DNA of 64,000 nt from an uncultured virus (IMG/VR IMGVR_UViG_3300036940_000262) (Duplodnaviria; Heunggongvirae; Uroviricota; Caudoviricetes): IMG/VR virus record IMGVR_UViG_3300036940_000262; one strand, written 5' to 3'. Below are positions 57,178-64,000 of this stretch, in pieces. The notes beneath the pieces are model-generated. The model was given only the letters and a program-made list of their open reading frames with translations, was not told the origin of the DNA and ran no database searches. Made by a program: the position numbers and the translations under genes. The first letter of the stretch is position 1. Every line of letters begins with the position of its first letter.

Positions 57178-58054
57178 TAAGGAGTTATTTACAACATTAG
57201 CTTTAGTTCAAAGATATGAGGTAAAGCCTACTAAAAAAGGTGGTAAGTATATCGAAGGGGTATTAGAATTACAGGGTTCGGTACCTTTTAAAGTATGGTC
57301 TGGTGCGACTTTTGATGAGATGGATAAATGTGAGTATGCGGACACGATTTGTGAAATTGATGCAGAAGTAAATGTCTACAACGGTTCTAAAGGTCTTATT
57401 ATTAAACGAATCATAGCTGTAGATAATCCTGAGATTAAAAAAGAGGATTTTTTGAAAGTGAAGTATGATACTAATAAATACTTTAATGGTTTTTTAACTT
57501 TACTTCAATCAAATTGCACACCTGAAAGTTTAGGGGTAGTAGAGGTAATCTTTTCAGAGGATGTTCTTGAACGATTTAAAGTAGAGTTCGCCGCATCCAG
57601 ACATCATGATGCAACTAAATCTGGCTTGCTTGTTCATACTTACAAGGTAATGTACTTTATGTCAAAGATTATACCAATGTATCAACATATACTAGATAAA
57701 TGCACAAAAGACCTTTTGATGATTGGCTGTGCGTTGCATGATATCGGTAAAATTTATGAGTACACTAATGGTGCTGTAATAAACAGCGGTACTCTAGTTT
57801 CACACCATACTTTTGCTGTAGAAATATTACACTCGAAAAAAGAGTCTATTATTAAAGCAAAAAGTGAGGATTTTTACTATCGGTTGCTGGCTATCGTAGA
57901 ACAACATCATGGGGAGTATGCTGAGAGACCGAGAACTATAGAATCATATCTAATTCATCTTATTGATAATTTAGAAGCAAGTTTTCAGTCGGTAGAGGAG
58001 TCTTTAGAAATGGGTAACACAATGGTGAGTTCTGGTGGGTTCAAGTTAGTATAA
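57137..58054 (+). CDS. yhaM: YhaM/Cbf1-family OB-fold plus HD 3'-5' exonuclease
   Basis: N-terminal OB fold (TKKG.KY...KVW); AA..HH....GLL.HT, LHDIGK.YEY, HHG and IDNL. Confidence 0.85.
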   Translation: MSIVTVKDIASKGDKELFTTLALVQRYEVKPTKKGGKYIEGVLELQGSVPFKVWSGATFDEMDKCEYADTICEIDAEVNVYNGSKGLIIKRIIAVDNPEIKKEDFLKVKYDTNKYFNGFLTLLQSNCTPESLGVVEVIFSEDVLERFKVEFAASRHHDATKSGLLVHTYKVMYFMSKIIPMYQHILDKCTKDLLMIGCALHDIGKIYEYTNGAVINSGTLVSHHTFAVEILHSKKESIIKAKSEDFYYRLLAIVEQHHGEYAERPRTIESYLIHLIDNLEASFQSVEESLEMGNTMVSSGGFKLV

Positions 58055-58076
58055 AAACAGTTGGAGGTTTTCTTTT

Positions 58077-61000
58077 ATGTTGGATTTATTGTCAGTCTTA
58101 GATAGGAATAGAGGTGGAATAGACAACACCATAGTGTATGGTTACGTATCCACAGCAATTAATAAACCGTATTATCTACCGAACAATCTTATTGTAACTG
58201 AAAAAGGTTTCTTTGCAAAAGTAGATGTTTTGGCTATAAAGTGTACAAAACAAGATTATTTTAAATCCAACGAACAAGAACCTCAAAGTGTTTATATAGT
58301 GCATGGAGACTTAGTTGTATACATGACAGACAGTTCTCTAATCGGTAAAAATGTTAAAATTATGGGTTCTAATCAGAAAAGAACAGGGAAAGTTAAACGT
58401 CAATTTGGTTCAGAATCCGCTTTTGATGGTATAACAGCTTTCGTTTGGGAGAAGGTTAGTGGAGGTTGGGGTATTTCACCAAACTATGTAGTACCACTAT
58501 GTTCAAACGATGTAAAAGGCACTGTTATGGAGGAGTTTGTAATAAGTGCATCAAACACTAAAGGGTTCGTACATCCTGCTGTTGCAGAAGCTTATAAACC
58601 TTTTAAAGGTGTTATTGATGAAAAACTTGAGGAAATCCAACCTGCCATAGAATCTAAAACTTCTAATAGTGTGGAATCTGTTTTGCCAAAGAAACAAACA
58701 AAGATAGTTTTCAACGATAACGGGTTAGTAGACTTATCAAAGATAGATTTAGGTTTACGTCATCAGTTAGAGGTTAGTTTAGACGAAAGAATCGTAGATA
58801 TTACCAAGGCTGAACTTGAAGAGTTAAAGGAGAAATCTGTAGAGTTTACAGGTAACTTAGTTTCAAGTATAAAAGAGCGAGCATCTGATAAAGAGTCCAG
58901 AATAAAATTAAGTGAACTTGCAAGTGGTTTATCTTATGCGTTTATAAACGAGGTAGTAAAAGAGTACAATACTAAACTCACTAGAAGATACAAATACAAA
59001 GGTTCTGTATTTGTAGACAAGTTTGTGGACTCGATAGCAAGCAACCTGTTCGGAGTTGGGGTAGAAAAAGAAGACAGGGGTACATTCCTTGCGGAGATAG
59101 ACGATATTCGTAGGTCAGTATCTTATGACCATACTGTATTAGATCCTGCATCGGTAAAAGTGGTGACACTTAAAGATGAAAGAGTGTTTTCCTTATTTGT
59201 AATTGGCACGATAACAGGAATCGGGGTAGATACCTTAAACTCTTGTTACAATGCAATGAGTATATTTAACGATTTATCGGATATAGACTATTTCCACTGG
59301 TGTGTATTTAACAATCCATACTACTTAGGGCTAATGGGCAATTTATCATTATATGATTGTGATATACTACAAACATTCTTTTGCCTTAACAAATATGCCT
59401 ACACAGATGACATAAAGCAAGCAAGGGGTTATCTAAGAGTAATCAATGCTTTCACTGAATTATCTGGTAGAAACACTATTAGTAACAGGTCTAGGGATAT
59501 TCTTCATAGTCGTTCAGATGTTTCAAGACAGGCTGGAAAGAACTTAACCAAAGAATACGCTAGCTTTAAAGAAAACAGGCATTTTTTAAGTTCGGATTAC
59601 TTCGATATTGTAGAGATTGTATTGGGTGATGTAGAGAAAGCCTATGAGGATTCAGAAAGCATCATAAAAATGCGGTATTCTTCAAACAAGGCTATAAAAG
59701 AACTGTTAGAGAGTGGAGTAATAACTTTATTTGGCGAGAATGTTCTAATTTTACAAACAGATTTACATAAAGAGTTTACGATACTTGAGACACTAATTAA
59801 AAAAGGACAAGAGCAGACATCAATAACAGATAAGAACATAGACGAAACTGTAAAAGTGTTTGAGCAGGAACGTAAATTTAAGCTGGAAAAACTTCAAAAA
59901 GATGGTATAAAGCTGATACAATACAAATCAGGGGTACTTAGCGGTTGTGCGGGTTCTGGTAAAACTACTACATCAGACTGCATGGTAATGGGTATAAAAG
60001 AATATATGAGAGATGTAGAACTTAAATTTGCAGCACCGACTGGTAAAGCCGCTAAACGTCTTTCAGAAGTCGTAGGTGGAAATGTAAGAACAATACATTC
60101 TTTATTTGGTATTGGGTTAGATAGTGAACCTAGCTTGAAGCTAAACAGTTACGGTCGAAGAACAAAAATGATTGAGGGTTCTCCAATTGCTTATTTCTTA
60201 GACGAGATGGCAATGTGTAATACTTCGCTTCTATACAATGTAGTAACGAAGTTAAGAGAAAAAGACATGATTTACTTCTTAGGTGATATAAAGCAACTAC
60301 CCCCAATAGGAACTGGTTCTCCCTTCAAGGCACTGATGCAACTTCTGCCATGTGTAGAATTAGGGGTATCTAAACGAGCTGCAGAAGGTAGTAAAATCAA
60401 CTATAATTGTGGTCTTATTAACTTCTTATCTGATGAGGAGAAATTAATAGAATTAACGGCAGGAGAGGATTTTGAAATTCTTCCTTGTAAGGATGAACAA
60501 ATACAAAAGCACGTTGTCGATGTCTTTAAGTCCTACTTGATGCGCTTTCCTGAAGACGACATACAAGTCATTACTGGTTACAGAACAGAAGAACATTCAC
60601 ATTCTACAGAATGTTTAAATCCTTTGTTACAAAGAATCTTAAGACAACAACATGAAAGACTGTATGTTTACAATAACAAAGAGTTCATGTTAAATGATAG
60701 GGTTATTCATATCAAGAGAAACGCCTATGAAGTACCTCGATTCAGAAAGAAAATGGATGGTTTCAGTCACTTAGAGGAGGTTGTCACCTTCGGGGTAACT
60801 AATGGGGACTTGGGTAAAATTGTAGGTATGATTCGTTCAGACAAAGTAACAATAGACCCTTGGTATGACCCAGAGCATACAGCAGAAGACCTTAAAGGCA
60901 TGGATGAGAGGTATGTAGACGCATATCAAAAACGAATAAACACTCAGGTTGAAATTAGGAAAGAACATGAGTTTAACGATGAAAAGATAGCGTATGTAAT

Positions 61001-61391
61001 TGTAGAAGTGTTTGATACAGATTTACAAGAGAATGTATACTTGCTTTACAGGGGTATGGAGAAAAAAGCAATCAATACTGATTTTGCAGTAGCTTTATCG
61101 GGGTTTGATATGTCATATCTTGATTTAGCTTATGCATTAACAACTCATAAAATGCAAGGTTCTCAGAGTAAAGCTGTAATCATACCTTTGTCATCTAAAG
61201 GTAGTGCAAGTTTTATAAATAGAAACATGATAAACACTATGATTACAAGAGCATCAGAACAGGTTTGTTTAATAGGTTCTGTAGAGGGTGCTGGTTCTGC
61301 TTTAGAGGCAGGTAGAAGGATAACATCGGTAGATTCGGGTAGGGATTTACTATCTGAAATAGTTGTAGCAAACGAGAGTATGAAAGAGTAA
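58077..61391 (+). CDS. RecD2-like SF1B helicase with long divergent N-terminus
   Basis: GCAGSGKTT, APTGKAAKRL, LDEMAM, GDIKQLPPIG, AYALTTHKMQGS and TMITRA. Confidence 0.92.
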   Translation: MLDLLSVLDRNRGGIDNTIVYGYVSTAINKPYYLPNNLIVTEKGFFAKVDVLAIKCTKQDYFKSNEQEPQSVYIVHGDLVVYMTDSSLIGKNVKIMGSNQKRTGKVKRQFGSESAFDGITAFVWEKVSGGWGISPNYVVPLCSNDVKGTVMEEFVISASNTKGFVHPAVAEAYKPFKGVIDEKLEEIQPAIESKTSNSVESVLPKKQTKIVFNDNGLVDLSKIDLGLRHQLEVSLDERIVDITKAELEELKEKSVEFTGNLVSSIKERASDKESRIKLSELASGLSYAFINEVVKEYNTKLTRRYKYKGSVFVDKFVDSIASNLFGVGVEKEDRGTFLAEIDDIRRSVSYDHTVLDPASVKVVTLKDERVFSLFVIGTITGIGVDTLNSCYNAMSIFNDLSDIDYFHWCVFNNPYYLGLMGNLSLYDCDILQTFFCLNKYAYTDDIKQARGYLRVINAFTELSGRNTISNRSRDILHSRSDVSRQAGKNLTKEYASFKENRHFLSSDYFDIVEIVLGDVEKAYEDSESIIKMRYSSNKAIKELLESGVITLFGENVLILQTDLHKEFTILETLIKKGQEQTSITDKNIDETVKVFEQERKFKLEKLQKDGIKLIQYKSGVLSGCAGSGKTTTSDCMVMGIKEYMRDVELKFAAPTGKAAKRLSEVVGGNVRTIHSLFGIGLDSEPSLKLNSYGRRTKMIEGSPIAYFLDEMAMCNTSLLYNVVTKLREKDMIYFLGDIKQLPPIGTGSPFKALMQLLPCVELGVSKRAAEGSKINYNCGLINFLSDEEKLIELTAGEDFEILPCKDEQIQKHVVDVFKSYLMRFPEDDIQVITGYRTEEHSHSTECLNPLLQRILRQQHERLYVYNNKEFMLNDRVIHIKRNAYEVPRFRKKMDGFSHLEEVVTFGVTNGDLGKIVGMIRSDKVTIDPWYDPEHTAEDLKGMDERYVDAYQKRINTQVEIRKEHEFNDEKIAYVIVEVFDTDLQENVYLLYRGMEKKAINTDFAVALSGFDMSYLDLAYALTTHKMQGSQSKAVIIPLSSKGSASFINRNMINTMITRASEQVCLIGSVEGAGSALEAGRRITSVDSGRDLLSEIVVANESMKE

Positions 61392-61399
61392 GAGGGTTT

Positions 61400-61693
61400 A
61401 TGGTAGAGGCTAACATTGAAGTACATAAAGCATTTATGAATATATTTTGGGGTAATTCAATCTTTGTTTTTTATTTAGGATTGTATTTAGGGTACAACAT
61501 CTTATTAATAATAGCAGGAATTGCTGAAAAGGGTTTACAGGGGTATCACAAGTCCTTAATGGTTGCTGTGACAGGCAAGACGGATATTATGGAGACAGAA
61601 CATAAGTGGCTGTTTACAACAATATTAATGTCTGTCATATACATAATAGGGTATTGTGCCAATGTGTTATTGGTTTTATTATTGAGAGGGTAG
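61400..61693 (+). CDS. Small membrane protein
   Basis: Two hydrophobic segments; RBS AGAGGG. Confidence 0.6.
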   Translation: MVEANIEVHKAFMNIFWGNSIFVFYLGLYLGYNILLIIAGIAEKGLQGYHKSLMVAVTGKTDIMETEHKWLFTTILMSVIYIIGYCANVLLVLLLRG

Positions 61694-61695
61694 AA

Positions 61696-61905
61696 TTGTT
61701 TACGAGAAAAAAGAAAAGAAAACGAGAGAATTTCGCAGGTCGTTACTTGCGTAGATACGATAAATTGGATTTAAACAAGATGGATGATAATGAATTTGCA
61801 TATTTTAAAAAAGCCTTGTATCTAGAAGCAGGGGTAAGAATCGTTTCTGGCTTGGTTTTGGCAGGATGTGCTTTATTCATTTTCTTAAAAGGCGGTATAT
61901 TTTGA
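61696..61905 (+). CDS. Small protein with basic N-terminus and C-terminal TM
   Basis: TTG after RBS GAGAGGG (LFTRKKKRK...), within ORF 61606..61905. Confidence 0.5.
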   Translation: MFTRKKKRKRENFAGRYLRRYDKLDLNKMDDNEFAYFKKALYLEAGVRIVSGLVLAGCALFIFLKGGIF

Positions 61906-62696
61906 GCGTAATACGGGATTACGAGTCTTATGTTGAAAAATATAACATTGTGTGGGATTATTTAAAAAAGTCCAGCAGACCGCATTCTGAGGTGGTTTCC
62001 GAGGTATGTGAGTATCGCAAGTATTTTGGTGGGGAGAAGTCATGGGGTGATTTCCTGAAAAACAAAATGGTTTGTGTTACGGAGAGCTGTTGTGATTTTT
62101 CCTTAATGCGTAAAGATGAGTTTAAAGAATTGGCTCTTTTTACTGAAACAGGTCGATTTCTATTAGAGGGGCGATATATTGTTCCTGTAACAGATATGTT
62201 GGGTAATGTAGTAGCATTGATTGGCTGGTATCCTGATGATAAGAGATATATAACCACTCCTAGTAAATATTTTTCAAAAGAGTGTATGTACTTTGGGATG
62301 GAGCAACTTGGAAAAAGAGGTTTAAATAAACCTTTCTTTATTGTAGAGGGCATATTTGACTCCTTAAACATCAGAAGGTTAGGGTTTAATGCAATGGCGA
62401 ATATGGGTGTATCTTCTTCAAGGGTTAAAAAGAAGATGTACGGATTATTCAGCAAGTTAATCTTCATATCAGACAATGATGAAACAGGCAGAAAAGTTCT
62501 TAAAGAGGATAGGTGGTCAACTCCATCAACTTCAACATTCTTTTCTTGGTCTGGAACATTTGATTTCGGTGATGGTGTTGAAGCAGGAATAAAAGACGTA
62601 GACTTATTATGTTCCTTATTTGAGGAAGATGATTTAAAAAATATACTACAAGAGTGTGTGGACAGTAAAGACAGTCTAATTACATTAAAATTATAG
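61902..62696 (+). CDS. DnaG-type primase catalytic core (TOPRIM) lacking the zinc-binding domain
   Basis: IVPV.D..G.VV...G, YITTP, FSK...YFG, IVEGIFD, ANMG, DNDETG and KDVD; TTG start overlapping the upstream TGA. Confidence 0.85.
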   Translation: MSVIRDYESYVEKYNIVWDYLKKSSRPHSEVVSEVCEYRKYFGGEKSWGDFLKNKMVCVTESCCDFSLMRKDEFKELALFTETGRFLLEGRYIVPVTDMLGNVVALIGWYPDDKRYITTPSKYFSKECMYFGMEQLGKRGLNKPFFIVEGIFDSLNIRRLGFNAMANMGVSSSRVKKKMYGLFSKLIFISDNDETGRKVLKEDRWSTPSTSTFFSWSGTFDFGDGVEAGIKDVDLLCSLFEEDDLKNILQECVDSKDSLITLKL

Positions 62697-62709
62697 GGTG
62701 GAGGTAAAA

Positions 62710-63333
62710 ATGTCAACTACTAATTATTACTGTGTGGGTAAGAATATTCCTAAAACTTATGGTGTTGGGCATATTGATGATCTAACGAAAATACAAGTGC
62801 GAGACCTTTACAGGTCAGCTTGTACAAAATTGGCAGGGGTATTTAGTGAATCAATATCACATTCATTTAGACTTTGCCAGATGATTGCAAAAGATGACGG
62901 TGTGATGCGTATTGTAGCTTTTGGAACAGATGATGAAGGGAAAGTAAGCAGATTTAATATCGTATTCGACAAAGCTACTATGAGTTTTTCATTCGACAAC
63001 AAGTATTTAAAATATGTTGAGTTTGATGTTTTAGAGGGTGAAGACTTCGATGTAGAACAAGAATTATCAAAGGCTTTACGAGATTTTGTATCTTATGTTA
63101 GTGGGTTAAGTAGACCTTTATCTTTATTTGAATTTCCAATCATGCCAATGGATTTGGAGAAAGATTCTAATGGTGTTTGGAAATACAGAACAAGCAACAT
63201 GGTAACAGAGGGTAAAATGGGTGAGTGTTCTTTAGAAGAAGGGACTGGCTTAGTAGTTTTATTAAACTGGGACAACGACTTCTATGAGGAATATGGTGGT
63301 CAAAATTATTCTGGTACAACAATAGATTTATAA
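62710..63333 (+). CDS. Hypothetical protein
   Basis: ATG after RBS GGAGGT. Confidence 0.7.
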   Translation: MSTTNYYCVGKNIPKTYGVGHIDDLTKIQVRDLYRSACTKLAGVFSESISHSFRLCQMIAKDDGVMRIVAFGTDDEGKVSRFNIVFDKATMSFSFDNKYLKYVEFDVLEGEDFDVEQELSKALRDFVSYVSGLSRPLSLFEFPIMPMDLEKDSNGVWKYRTSNMVTEGKMGECSLEEGTGLVVLLNWDNDFYEEYGGQNYSGTTIDL

Positions 63334-63337
63334 AGTA

Positions 63338-63373
63338 AACAAGGTAGATTAGAGGTTGAATTTATAGTATACT
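63338..63373 (+). promoter_or_regulatory. Element-type promoter AACAAGGT-N22-TATACT
   Basis: Recurrent motif; RBS GAGGGG downstream. Confidence 0.7.
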
Positions 63374-63408
63374 ATGTATAAAAATAAATTCAATGAGGGG
63401 TAAGAAAA

Positions 63409-63702
63409 ATGACAGGAATCAGTCACGATGGTGTACAACAATTCAGAAACACAGCAGATATGTGTTTATTTCATGGCATACCTGTATGGGCATTTGAGGT
63501 AAGAATGGAGATGGGGTATCCTGTCGATGTAGCTTTAACGGCACATTGTGTAGAGTATCGACAATTAACTTGTTGTGACTTTACTGGTCAAGCCTTTCCA
63601 AACTTGTATGCTATGTGTGACTATTATGGTAAATCAGTAGACTTATTTGAAATGAGAGCAGAAGCTTTGTGGAATTTAAGAGATATACTGTTAACAAATT
63701 AA
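63409..63702 (+). CDS. Small protein made of two HTH-like internal repeats
   Basis: QQFRNTADMCLFHG...FEVR...ALT and QAFPNLYAMCDYYG...FEMR...ILL. Confidence 0.6.
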   Translation: MTGISHDGVQQFRNTADMCLFHGIPVWAFEVRMEMGYPVDVALTAHCVEYRQLTCCDFTGQAFPNLYAMCDYYGKSVDLFEMRAEALWNLRDILLTN

Positions 63703-63714
63703 GAGAGGTAGTAA

Positions 63715-63954
63715 ATGGCAGGAATAATGCAATGGTTATCTGTCAATTGGCAGGTTGGCTTTATTGTAACATTTATAATAGTCTTGATTTTCTATTTGGT
63801 AAGGGTTTCTTTATGTTATTCAATCCTTAACAAGAAAGAAATTAAGTCAGGCGGGATATTCATCCCAATAATCGGGGTACTATGGTTTATCATAGTTTTC
63901 ATTAAAAATGGATTCTACACTGAAGTAGTGGAAACACAACAGAAAAGCAAATAG
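63715..63954 (+). CDS. Small two-TM membrane protein
   Basis: Hydrophobic helices, FIPIIG motif; RBS GAGAGG. Confidence 0.65.
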   Translation: MAGIMQWLSVNWQVGFIVTFIIVLIFYLVRVSLCYSILNKKEIKSGGIFIPIIGVLWFIIVFIKNGFYTEVVETQQKSK

Positions 63955-64000
63955 TCAATAATAGGTCATTTTTTCAACTATTTTGTTAAAGTGATTATTA

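Noticed and set aside
61958..62716. 252-aa minus-strand ORF
   Set aside because: Antisense shadow of the primase core gene; no motifs, and it runs against the uniform + strand organisation.
134..63275. Numerous 60-170 aa minus-strand ORFs in the track
   Set aside because: They overlap well-supported + strand genes and have the Ser/Leu/Phe-rich composition typical of antisense frames.

Overview
Low-GC, Firmicutes-type (probably clostridial) DNA in which essentially every real gene lies on the + strand. No rRNA, tRNA, CRISPR array, capsid, terminase or tail genes are recognisable. The window looks like part of a very large, probably conjugative, extrachromosomal element (megaplasmid or phage-plasmid-like). 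(1) 1-20 kb: an atypical Gram-positive transfer module with a 1731-aa membrane protein, a VanY/M15B peptidase, two degenerate ParA/CpaE-like proteins, a VirB4-like ATPase, an FtsK/TcpA-like translocase, SpoVG, a SNF2 helicase and a C39 peptidase. (2) 20-63 kb: a near-autonomous DNA metabolism set: two Dam-type methyltransferases, type IIA topoisomerase B and A subunits, DnaB helicase, a primase split into zinc-finger and TOPRIM genes, a RuvC-like resolvase, ParB-HNH, dUTPase, an NAD-type ligase split into two permuted genes, family A polymerase, SSB, YhaM and RecD2. (3) An intact IS607 (tnpA, tnpB, omegaRNA) at about 35.4-37.4 kb. The most notable signals are an element-specific promoter architecture (AACWRGGT-N22-TAnnnT, 8 copies) together with two sigma-like orphan genes, and a stand-alone HD-GYP gene followed by a transcription unit with two duplicated micropeptide genes (MARDRPE, MARGRPLETTIKL) and a multi-hairpin RNA. 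All family calls come from motif recognition by eye; no database search was run.
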